Virus record (IMG/VR): IMGVR_UViG_3300032216_001137
Span: 1 to 52,188 of that record
DNA: 52,188 bases
DNA from: a virus
Taxonomy: Duplodnaviria; Caudoviricetes
Direction: 5' to 3' (one strand)
Notes under the pieces: model-generated
The model's input: only the letters and a program-made list of their open reading frames with translations
Database searches by the model: none
What the model was told of the DNA's origin: nothing
Made by a program: the position numbers and the translations under genes
Shown here: in pieces, positions 28,601 to 36,359 of the stretch
Numbering within the stretch: position 1 is the first letter of the stretch
Layout of the letters: the number at the start of each line of letters is the position of its first letter

Positions 28601-30152
28601 CATTAGCAGTTATTCCTGAATCAGTAGCAGATCTTACTCTATACCCACCGATTCCTACTGGTGGATTAAAATCTGTAGATGTTGCAACAGGAGTCCACGA
28701 TGCTGTAATAATATTATCATTAGCAAATACTGCAAAATTTGTTACTGATGCTGGAGCAGTTGTGTCTGCTGGAACATTTATTGTTTGTAATGCTGACCAT
28801 GAACTAGTATTATTAGATTTATCATATGACGCTACCCACCAATAATAAGTGTTTCCAGCATATCCAAGAAAGTTTGTTTTAACAGGATAATTTGCAGATG
28901 CTGGCGTAGACTGTACAGTTCCCAGTGCAGATGAAGTATTAGTTAAACTATATTTAAGATAATATCCTGCAAGATCCGTGTCTGCTACCGGAGTCCATGA
29001 TGCTGTTATATTAAATCTTTGACCACTAATATCTGTTGAGTCTAAAGATGCTGATGAATAGAATCCAGCATTAGGAGTGGCAGGTGGGATAGTATCTGCT
29101 ACAACAGGGTTTATTGGTATTACTGATGTTATAGGTCCATCTGGACCGGGCTGTCCAAACAAATCAAAATGTCTAGCAAGAACATAGAAAGTATTATAAT
29201 TAGGGACATTGCTATATTCTGCATATGTTCCAGTACCTCTCCAAACAGGGGCAGTAACACTGGCAAAGAAGGGCGTTGAATTGCTTGCATAAACTTCTGT
29301 GTATGAATAATCAGCAAACGATGATGACGGTGCAGACCATGATGCTGAAAAACCTTTAATCAATGGTGCCACAGTTATTGTTGGATAATCTGTTGGTACG
29401 GGGTTTGTTACAGTAAATGTTCTTGGCGTAGATGATGTTTGATTAAATATATCTACAGCAACGATAGAACCTGAGAAAGATCCTGAAGGCCGACCAAAAT
29501 CATTCACATTTTGTTGATATGTTAATTGGAATAATGCACTAGTTGTTGAATTAGAAATTGCTGGAATACTATAAACAACAGTCTTAGGAATATTTGAATT
29601 ATTTAATGTTAACTTATAATGTGTAATATCATTATCTGATGATGCCGTTACCGTATTCCATTGTAAATATAAATCTGGTGAACTAAATGATGAAGTAGAA
29701 TTTGTTATATTTGTTGGAACAGCATTATTTGCAGATGTGCTTAATGGATCAGAAAGATTACCGCTTGTATCTCTTGATCTTATTTGAAGATTAATGGATG
29801 GTGTTGCGCTGCCAAATAAATTTATATTATCTTGTACAGTAAATCTAAATGGTGAAAATGAATAATATGTTCCACTTGTACTAGACGTAGAACTTGATAC
29901 AATTATTTGAAAATCTTTAAAATCTGTTGAGACTGCTGCTGCAGAACCTGACCATGATGTAATAAACGTAGGTGTTGAAAAATCTGTAATAGGAAACTGT
30001 GGTACGGCTGGTGCAGTTATATCTTTGATAGTGGTAAAAACATATGCAGGAGATAAATCAGATTTTGTTCCAGAACTTTCTACTGAAGAAATTCTAATCA
30101 TATATTTTTGACCGGGGGCCAATTGAGATAAAGTTCTTATTATTTTTGCCAT
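22683..30152 (-). CDS. Giant tail fibre (2489 aa): N-terminal FN3 repeats, beta-repeat shaft, C-terminal intramolecular chaperone (Peptidase S74-like)
   Basis: D.T.P..P...ITASW FN3 signatures; about nine IGGW-type repeats; SSKQEYKKDI...GFIAEDV...VQEQQIKIEEL C-terminus. Confidence 0.85.
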   Translation of the reverse strand: MAKIIRTLSQLAPGQKYMIRISSVESSGTKSDLSPAYVFTTIKDITAPAVPQFPITDFSTPTFITSWSGSAAAVSTDFKDFQIIVSSSTSSTSGTYYSFSPFRFTVQDNINLFGSATPSINLQIRSRDTSGNLSDPLSTSANNAVPTNITNSTSSFSSPDLYLQWNTVTASSDNDITHYKLTLNNSNIPKTVVYSIPAISNSTTSALFQLTYQQNVNDFGRPSGSFSGSIVAVDIFNQTSSTPRTFTVTNPVPTDYPTITVAPLIKGFSASWSAPSSSFADYSYTEVYASNSTPFFASVTAPVWRGTGTYAEYSNVPNYNTFYVLARHFDLFGQPGPDGPITSVIPINPVVADTIPPATPNAGFYSSASLDSTDISGQRFNITASWTPVADTDLAGYYLKYSLTNTSSALGTVQSTPASANYPVKTNFLGYAGNTYYWWVASYDKSNNTSSWSALQTINVPADTTAPASVTNFAVFANDNIITASWTPVATSTDFNPPVGIGGYRVRSATDSGITANVQTFNSLNNRIGFAVPFWNTTYYVTAQPFDTQGNLGASPTPLSIAIGTDPAISASGVAISAQTSANGKNIIFYNASTTVPTATASGDTWFVVDTTGASITAFRTASAAGTTAWVERPLTNSTISTLDAGKITTGFLNAGRIQANSLSASLITASTAFIDQKISIGGTSSNQINLLAGNASVAGKIYSGAVGLYNNTTTGFYLDGDGYFSLRDKLTFNPTASTLTVAGSIVAQSGQFTGSMTAGTLGIGAFGGGLNGIKINTSNYWYDSGNFSLANGSVTWDGINFLVDGKIIARSGSFSGNIQVGPNGSLFAGSAANSGARTIFNASGVQGYNAAGNPTFLLSASDGSFNLGTKFAWNGSTLAIGDPTSQTGFSSPPNPSGSTVAIYAGASFSNASVAPFRVYYDGRVVATSGSFTGNIYASAGYFTGSINATSGSFTGNVYASAGTFTGNISSSVGSIGGWIITPTALYGGTSPNVTGLDPTNATSTIFAGATSSAGAAAKFNVTSGGILYAQAASFSGAVMSSGSLIGGISATGVNLNFGNTGSIVGSYIAVPATAPYKFTVDSSGNMIAQSASITGQITASAGTIGGWLISSSALTSSSVGLYAPTSPLSSDIAIFAGSALANRATAPFKVDYAGNLTATNANITGSVNATSGSFSGNISASTGNIGGFTIGLNSLSATNIVLSSTTGLNLGSNQFTVNQAGAMVAQSASIVGQITASAGSIGGWSISTSSLTAGAAGTRVALTTGNYAIYAGNDIPSSAPFSVTNSGNLIASNASIAGQITASVGNIGGWSLTSQEIGTGTGTTRVALNSSASPKIYIGYGNYGTGDTGFYVDSNGYFSLGNQLTFAPSKGSASIITLSATYTNGSPVITTTYNNSASTVIPNTIVTSSVLPTGVRISSITYTTNATITLTSNYSGTNGTYVTTLQPDNLSLLNVNGTIRGVIDSVTPIASPTLFANVTSASINTTASTILFTASGGHFFSSSAIVIFTDLPNINGLNLLNYSASSKGTNAYTIVSIPNSTQFFINYGSLAITPSGIVNTSGSGRVSIQQLTMGFHPPEGASATDSWYHDSGNGIRLDSYNWWLVNNQFRVGNPLTYFKYDGTRFQIQGGNTLKLIMQVGAQNSSNQIAITNGTTGSFSNVNTPFYVDGTGSFSLGNQLTWDGSSLIVNGQINVTGGNAATNTQVSNASSTLNNNINTLSSSVSGSVNQLNTKTSAFDSTGALANPMTVLSAGSIKAGKTAWQTGTGWLLEFNGGTPRFDIGNPAGNYMQWDGASLTINGTINVTGGTAATNNQVNTASTSLNNSINTSSTTLNNSINTLSGSVSGSVTALTGSATTLNGKTAAITASSGAPQFFAPMTVISGGEIKAGKTVYGTGIGWYVGYNGSNPAIDIGSTTNYLRFDGSNVYIAGSATINGSGSFTGNVYATSGSFSGSVTSQYGNVAGWTLEPNLFYAQTSGRYYGMALNGGVFYAGATDKLGTNAYFYADPNGFMYSSSANIGGWSLEPGLLYAQTSGKYYGMSVGTGNVFYAGGINKTGVNSLFVVNSNGFLYSTSANIGGWTVNQAGITSACVGIYAPVYPTAPASNEISFFAGSAVANRSTAPFRVDYSGNLYATSASITGFINGQSGSIGGWAISSNSINSTSGSAGTYLFTQTVPTTGTSTISLETSYRVRPTTASPYAFFRSALYNDLGTITPYLILGTTPSGNGTRIEQNVRIWARTPSNASDTSIVGYPSIQLDGPDGNTAGWLSSYANATISVESANGATWSEVTNNSIGLYSAGNIDLQSGNIINIGNDNLTSYIYLGWGTNSTTRAVVRSVAIYNTPTTSTANDPLVFFGSTPNYSIYRFSSKQEYKKDIFSLSNFSQLSPSVLSNKILNSSSINIYDAFKIVPVTYKSLLPDDDQNIENFGFIAEDVADKMPQLATYDEDGNPKGYGANGMIAILWAVVQEQQIKIEELTSSVTMLLNK

Positions 30153-31084
30153 TATGAAATTGTCATCCTGTATTCAATATCCATTTCTGAACCTACAGTT
30201 TTTGTAAACGAGTCAGTAGTCCCATCCCCATTTCTTATTCCAATTAATGCTCTACTAACTAAACATAGATTATCATCTGATAAAGATACGTCACGAAACT
30301 TAGCACCATCTATTGTTAAAACAGAAGTTTTTGAATTTGATTCAACTGTTAAATAAATTCTAGTTACATTATTATTAAATGTAGCATCTTTATAAATTGA
30401 AGATACGGGCACAGAATATATTTGATATCCAGTTGAAGAAGCACTTAGCGGAAGGGCTATGCTTGCCGTTGCAGGAGTTGGTATTTGACTATCAGTAAAC
30501 TTAATAGTGACAAGCCTCGTTGCAGATGTTTGCAAAGTATTAACATTATATAAAATATCAAGATAATCACTGCTTGAATAGCCACTGATATCTAATGATG
30601 TTGTACAATCAACAGCATACGAAGTATTGGCTGCAACAGGCAGATCGTTAGAACCGACCCTACCACTAGTATTTAATGAAGCAGTTGTTCCAACTCCAGT
30701 ATTAAGCCAATATTCATCAAAATTAAATATTACCCTATCATCAAAACCATTAGAGAAAGGGTTTCTTGTATAAGAAAATACACCAAGTTCATATATTTTA
30801 CCCGCAAGTGCTGCTGGGAAAGATGCTTTTAAAATAATCTCTCCAGTTGACGTATCATAACTTTTCAAGTTAATAGGGTATCTAGAAAATTCGTATTGTA
30901 GAATAGAATCTGTAATTGAAGGATCGGTTGAATTCATTGCTCCAATAGCAATCGAACCCGCCCACTCTGCTACTGAACCAGTAAGATATTTTCTAATAAT
31001 ATTTATTCCAGACGTAGTAATAATATTGTCAGATTCTAATTTTTCTACTCCATCAATATAAATTGAATATTTGCCCTTAAGCAA
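30152..31084 (-). CDS. Minor tail/baseplate protein
   Basis: NIITTSG...IAIG...L.YEF.R...IYELGVF...K..GSEMDIEY; position in the tail cluster. Confidence 0.7.
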   Translation of the reverse strand: MLKGKYSIYIDGVEKLESDNIITTSGINIIRKYLTGSVAEWAGSIAIGAMNSTDPSITDSILQYEFSRYPINLKSYDTSTGEIILKASFPAALAGKIYELGVFSYTRNPFSNGFDDRVIFNFDEYWLNTGVGTTASLNTSGRVGSNDLPVAANTSYAVDCTTSLDISGYSSSDYLDILYNVNTLQTSATRLVTIKFTDSQIPTPATASIALPLSASSTGYQIYSVPVSSIYKDATFNNNVTRIYLTVESNSKTSVLTIDGAKFRDVSLSDDNLCLVSRALIGIRNGDGTTDSFTKTVGSEMDIEYRMTIS

Positions 31085-31625
31085 TTTGAGTTACCTCTAT
31101 CCTATACTCAACAGCATTGACGACTTCATCAAAGGACACGGTTACATCTACATATGGTGTTCCGTCTGGGGCATATGTTATTGTTCCAACATAATTATTA
31201 TTGTTGTACACTGAACCATTAGTATCTGAGCCTGACTGAGTTGAAGAAATAGTAAATGTTTTATTTGTAACTGAAGTTATTGTAAATGTTCCATTAAACG
31301 ATGTATTGGCAAAACCTGAAACTATAACAATGTCTCCTGTTGAATACCCATGATTTTGTGTAGTTGTATACGTTGCAGTAGAACCATTTGCGCTTACAGA
31401 TACAGATGTAAAAATTTGTGATGGACCGGCAGAAATATTTGTTGGTGGAAGAAGATAATTTGATGTTACCGGCACAGTAGTAGGAGGAACTATAGTTGGT
31501 GATTGACTTGCAACAATGTCAAGAATGTTTACTGTAGCATTTAAATCCACCGATGAGTCAGATGCAACTTGAGTTGCTATCCTAGTACTAAATCCTTTTT
31601 TACTACTTTTACCCCTAGCAGACAT
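31077..31625 (-). CDS. Minor tail protein with an inserted beta domain (HG..TGD.V..SG type)
   Basis: ATYTTTQNHGYSTGDIVIVSG...FNGTFTITSV..KTFT; position in the tail cluster. Confidence 0.65.
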   Translation of the reverse strand: MSARGKSSKKGFSTRIATQVASDSSVDLNATVNILDIVASQSPTIVPPTTVPVTSNYLLPPTNISAGPSQIFTSVSVSANGSTATYTTTQNHGYSTGDIVIVSGFANTSFNGTFTITSVTNKTFTISSTQSGSDTNGSVYNNNNYVGTITYAPDGTPYVDVTVSFDEVVNAVEYRIEVTQIA

Positions 31626-32185
31626 TATTTTCTCCCCAACGCCCTAACTTTAAGGGTGGTGCTAAGACCACCGCTATCAAAGTTATGATTAATTGCTATA
31701 ACAAGATATTTTTTAGTTTTATTTGTATCGTCTACATTAATTTTACCATAATTGTATATTACATTCACAATGTCACCTATTTGAATGAACGGGTTTCCAA
31801 ATATTTCTATCTCAAATGCGTTTTGTTTTATATGATATATTTGTTCAAAAAGGCTGGCAATTCCTTGTGCTTGAGATTCATTTTGTATTAATTTAGATTC
31901 TATTGTTAATTCTTGAGCATCACCATAACTTAAATCAACATTATATTTACCAGTAGATTGTTTGATTAATGAAATACCATTAAGTTGAAAGTACGGCTCA
32001 GTACCGGGTATACTAACATCATTACCAGTTCTAGTAAGAAAAACATTATATGGTGCAGTATTAATTGCCACAAATTTAACATTCTCACAATTAACTAGCA
32101 AATTTGAGAAAACAACAACTTTTGATATCTCTATTGTTTTAGTAACATCAACTTTCGCTAAATTTTTTATTCCATTATCAGCCAT
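31625..32185 (-). CDS. Baseplate hub C-terminal-like protein
   Basis: IESKLIQ...A...EIFGNPFIQIGDIV...YLV..INH....GLSTTLKVR; own SD (AAGGTAGG). Confidence 0.65.
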   Translation of the reverse strand: MADNGIKNLAKVDVTKTIEISKVVVFSNLLVNCENVKFVAINTAPYNVFLTRTGNDVSIPGTEPYFQLNGISLIKQSTGKYNVDLSYGDAQELTIESKLIQNESQAQGIASLFEQIYHIKQNAFEIEIFGNPFIQIGDIVNVIYNYGKINVDDTNKTKKYLVIAINHNFDSGGLSTTLKVRALGRK

Positions 32186-32193
32186 GAATTAAC

Positions 32194-35100
32194 CTACCTT
32201 TTATAATTATCTAAATATGCAGTTGTAGTGAATAAATATTTTCCAGCAAAAATTGAAAGACCATTATTCAATATAGGTTTTTGTTCTATATTAAGATCAA
32301 ATATTTTTATGCCTTGTAAATAGTTTGAGCCAGTCCACCTAAAAAAATTATTCCCATTATTAGAATAATTGTATGCATAAGTATCTAATAAATTTTTTTC
32401 ATTATCTATATTATACAAAATATTATTTGCAATTTCTTTTTCATTTCCTACAATAAGGCCAGAATTTTGATTATAATCATATCCAATAATTTCTGATTTA
32501 TTGGAAAATACTAATTCTTCAACAATTGCTCCAACATTTCCGCTGCTCGGCCCCCAATGGAAGACGCCAAAATTATTAGTAGTTTTATTAAAATTACAAG
32601 GAAGATATAAATAATCACTTGTAGTAATGCTAATTCCTGAGTCACATACAGTTTGAAATAATTTTTCTGCATTTTTATTAGTTAAAAGAAATCCATTAAT
32701 ATATATTTTTACTGGATATCCCTTAACAGTTTTTGTAGCAAAATATACTTCAAACAATATTGGTTTATTTAAATCTATAAGAGTGTTACCAAATCCGTTG
32801 CTTTCACTAAGATCAGTATCAATTGGATCATTTTCAGTAAATTCCAGATGACGATATATTTGTCCCTTGCCACTATCGCCAAATGCTTTAAGTATTATAG
32901 AAAGAGAATTATTCCCCGTTTTTTTAGATCCTACACCAATCCATAAACCATTTTTTTTAGTGGAATCTGCTTGAATAAAAATTCCACAATAATTACCACG
33001 CGCAGTCGGGGTAAAACTTGAAGTATCCCCGGCAACACCTAATTGTATTAATGCTTTAAAATAATTATGAGTGATTGTTCCGGCAGGATCATTTGGCAAT
33101 GGTATGTGATAATTATAATTAAAAGAAGTTGCTGTATTATTTGGGATTGTAAAATATCCATCTTTTATGGCAATGTCACCTTTTCCTGAGCCAATAATTC
33201 CAAAATCGTTTCCAGTACTACTTCCAAAATTTGCATCAAAATTTGTCACTGTGGTATCAGGAACAAAACCATAATTAGAATGCTTGGCAATACTATCATT
33301 CCATGTACTAGATTTTAAAAGATGATCACTTTCTTTAGTGCCAAATAATGCTCTGCGAACACCGCCTAAGACATCTGTTTTTTTATGAGCAATTCCTTTT
33401 ATTTGGGGGCTTGCAGTTTTTATATCAGAAATAATTTTTTCTAAATAATCTTGAGAGTATATTCTTACAGGATTTTCTGAATAAGGAATAAAAGTAGATG
33501 ATCCCACAGGATTAATATCTAAAGTATAATAAAAGTCATAAAGAATTGAGTCAAACGATACAATTTCTCGATCTATTAAATAATAACCGCTATATCCTAT
33601 TTCAGAATTTAACAATCCACTATATTGATTATCTATTGTTATAGTGTCCTGTCCCACACCTAAACTAGCAGATAATTTTGCGCTAGATAAAACTATTTGT
33701 TCAGTAGGTGTCCAGATCGGGGCACTTACATAACCCATCATTGTAGCACCTTTTATATTATTTACCGTTTGACCAGATCCTTTGGTCATATTCGGACTAT
33801 CATATGAAATAGATAAACTCTTAGGAATACCAATATTATTTTCTTGTAAAGAAATAATATTTGCAAGTTCCGTACCAGTAGAAATATCATTTAAATAAAA
33901 ATTAACATTAGGTACATTATTTTCTGTCGGAGGAACTTTAATTTGAATCTTACCATATTCATCTGAATATAAAGCAAACTGATAAATTTTGGCTAACTCG
34001 TCTATTGCAGATAATGTATTCTCATTACTTTCTATCCAATAATAATTTAAGTATGATTGTGTAGGAGAAAGATTATTTAGACCGGGAAGTGTAGGATCAA
34101 AATCGTGAACTCCAGCAGCCCTCAATGTTTGGCTTAAAGCATTCTTTACTGTCATTTTTGAAAAAAATTGTTTTGATGCTGGTATATTAATATCTTGAAT
34201 TCTTTTTATAATATCATAAACTTCAAATTCTGCTGAATCTTCTGAAGATCTTATCGAATTAACATATCCACTAAACTGTGGAATAGTAACACTGTTAACA
34301 GTTAATTTAAGGAAACAACCTATTCCTTTACGCAAAGTTCCGTACAAGGGAGAATTCTTAGAATTATTATTAAATGGAATTATGTCATTTTGAGTAGAAT
34401 ATAATGGTGCATCATTGACACCACTGATTATTGGGAAGTTATTTAAATTTAAAGTAAGAACATCTGATGTTGCTTGACCAATTGGTAATGGGTCAGAATC
34501 GTCAGACATTTCTTTATTAATTGAATAAGATTCAACAAAATTACTAACATCTAAAGTGAGTCTTGGAGAAATTTCTACAAACATTAAAGTAGTTTTATCA
34601 TTTGGAACAACTATATCTGACTCTACCGCGATTCCACAAATTTGTGTATAATTTGATATTGATCCAGTTGATATATTAGGAGTTGATGACCATTTATTTA
34701 ATCCCCATGTATCATTACCTGAATTATAATATAAAATAGATATACCATTAGCATTTGGGCTAACCGCCGTACCAACTTGAGTCCAACTATAAACTCCAGA
34801 AGTTTTCTTTAAAACCCACACATATAATTGAGAAGTTGCCTTATTAACATAAGCACTTGCAAGATTTTGTTTAATAACAATCTTATTAACATTAATATTA
34901 TTATCATACAAACACCATGCAGTATTATTTGCATCAAAATTATCAGTACTAACTTTTGTTATATAGGGCACAAAAGTTTTTAAATCTGACGGATTAAAAT
35001 ATTGATCATCATCTGTTGATATATAACCATACAAATTAGAAGAAGACGATATTTCTATACCCATTCCATAAGGATAGAAATGGCTAGGATAATCAGTTAA

Positions 35101-35913
35101 ATTAGTAATAGAATTTTCTTTATATTTTACAAGGTACTCGCCGGGACGATATGGTTTAAATACTTGATTAATATTAGTATATTTATTTTTTCTTCCGGCC
35201 TGATATGAACTTATTGGAAAAACTTGTATTTGATCAACCAATAATTCACTTCTTACATTAATCTGTGAACCAGTTCTTAATTCAATATTAATAAATTCAA
35301 CTATACTAGTAGTTTTAGCATCAAATTCTATTAATACCTGCTTCCAATCAGCAGAATTAGCAATTGATTTAGTTCTCTTAGTCACCGCATCTGTAATTAC
35401 AGAACCTGAACTTAATCTATTTAATGCTGTACATATAATATCAACATCCAAAGATTCGCACACATCACTTAATGATGCTTGGCTATATGGAGTTTTAATC
35501 CATAAAGATACAACATAGCCATATGATAATTGTTGCAACCTTTGACTCGTACTAAGCAAGTCACCTACTCTAAATATAAAAGATGAACTAACCGGCGAAT
35601 TAGTAGAACTACTATACATTCTATAATAACTACCATCATTATATATAGAAGATTTACCGCTTGCTGAAGTTGTCGTATATGTTGTATTTCTAGTTTCTAA
35701 AAAACCTTTTATTGGGCCGGACAGATTGACTGGCCTTTTTAAAAAAACGTCAACCGTATTAGTAAGAAAAGGGCTAGTTGCTCCAGTAATTATAGGATTA
35801 GATGTTCCAGAAATAATAGGACTTCCAAAATCATTCATGTTCCATTCAAATTCCACAGTCGCGGAAACAGTTACAGAATTAGTATTTTTAATAGAGTCAT
35901 AACCACTAAGCAT
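32194..35913 (-). CDS. Large baseplate hub / minor tail protein (about 1240 aa)
   Basis: Follows Dit; VEISPRL..D.S...LPIG...L.L.N and Q.ALY.DEYG motifs. Start set to ATG 35913 (TAATG overlap). Confidence 0.72.
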   Translation of the reverse strand: MLSGYDSIKNTNSVTVSATVEFEWNMNDFGSPIISGTSNPIITGATSPFLTNTVDVFLKRPVNLSGPIKGFLETRNTTYTTTSASGKSSIYNDGSYYRMYSSSTNSPVSSSFIFRVGDLLSTSQRLQQLSYGYVVSLWIKTPYSQASLSDVCESLDVDIICTALNRLSSGSVITDAVTKRTKSIANSADWKQVLIEFDAKTTSIVEFINIELRTGSQINVRSELLVDQIQVFPISSYQAGRKNKYTNINQVFKPYRPGEYLVKYKENSITNLTDYPSHFYPYGMGIEISSSSNLYGYISTDDDQYFNPSDLKTFVPYITKVSTDNFDANNTAWCLYDNNINVNKIVIKQNLASAYVNKATSQLYVWVLKKTSGVYSWTQVGTAVSPNANGISILYYNSGNDTWGLNKWSSTPNISTGSISNYTQICGIAVESDIVVPNDKTTLMFVEISPRLTLDVSNFVESYSINKEMSDDSDPLPIGQATSDVLTLNLNNFPIISGVNDAPLYSTQNDIIPFNNNSKNSPLYGTLRKGIGCFLKLTVNSVTIPQFSGYVNSIRSSEDSAEFEVYDIIKRIQDINIPASKQFFSKMTVKNALSQTLRAAGVHDFDPTLPGLNNLSPTQSYLNYYWIESNENTLSAIDELAKIYQFALYSDEYGKIQIKVPPTENNVPNVNFYLNDISTGTELANIISLQENNIGIPKSLSISYDSPNMTKGSGQTVNNIKGATMMGYVSAPIWTPTEQIVLSSAKLSASLGVGQDTITIDNQYSGLLNSEIGYSGYYLIDREIVSFDSILYDFYYTLDINPVGSSTFIPYSENPVRIYSQDYLEKIISDIKTASPQIKGIAHKKTDVLGGVRRALFGTKESDHLLKSSTWNDSIAKHSNYGFVPDTTVTNFDANFGSSTGNDFGIIGSGKGDIAIKDGYFTIPNNTATSFNYNYHIPLPNDPAGTITHNYFKALIQLGVAGDTSSFTPTARGNYCGIFIQADSTKKNGLWIGVGSKKTGNNSLSIILKAFGDSGKGQIYRHLEFTENDPIDTDLSESNGFGNTLIDLNKPILFEVYFATKTVKGYPVKIYINGFLLTNKNAEKLFQTVCDSGISITTSDYLYLPCNFNKTTNNFGVFHWGPSSGNVGAIVEELVFSNKSEIIGYDYNQNSGLIVGNEKEIANNILYNIDNEKNLLDTYAYNYSNNGNNFFRWTGSNYLQGIKIFDLNIEQKPILNNGLSIFAGKYLFTTTAYLDNYKR

Positions 35914-36359
35914 TAAATTTGCTCCCAAGCAGCATTCATATCATACATATCATAATTTGTTAAAGATCGTTTACTTAATGTTAAACTAAAATCTGAAAAA
36001 AATGCATCATAAGTATCAATTACTCCTACTGCACCCATTCTTATTGTCAATTTTATAGGCTGACCATTATAAGTTTCATAAAATGTTTGAAGAGCATCTG
36101 CGCCAGCCAAACCATCAACTGTTGAAGCACTAGAATTAGGCAACTCTGTCCAACTCGTAGCAAAACTATATTTACTACTAACAACATATTTTCTTAGCGT
36201 GCCGTTTGCCATTCTAGCACTTTTTTCTATTCTTTCCGTACTAATAGCAAGAGGCTGCCTATTATGATCGGTAAGTCTTAAAGATGCTGAATTTTGTAAA
36301 ACTCCACCAACATATGGAGTCAGGACTATGAGAGATGGGATAGTAAAAGTGATAGCCAT
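35913..36359 (-). CDS. Distal tail protein (Dit-like)
   Basis: LTDHNRQP...ERIEKSARMANGTLRKY...SW..LP; directly after the tape measure. Confidence 0.72.
   Translation of the reverse strand: MAITFTIPSLIVLTPYVGGVLQNSASLRLTDHNRQPLAISTERIEKSARMANGTLRKYVVSSKYSFATSWTELPNSSASTVDGLAGADALQTFYETYNGQPIKLTIRMGAVGVIDTYDAFFSDFSLTLSKRSLTNYDMYDMNAAWEQI

Noticed and set aside
22683-30152. Diversity-generating retroelement acting on the tail fibre
   Set aside because: No reverse transcriptase and no near-identical template/variable repeat pair seen.
32186-32196. TAG readthrough or alternative genetic code
   Set aside because: The downstream ORF is out of frame and has its own SD. Genes elsewhere are intact under the standard code.
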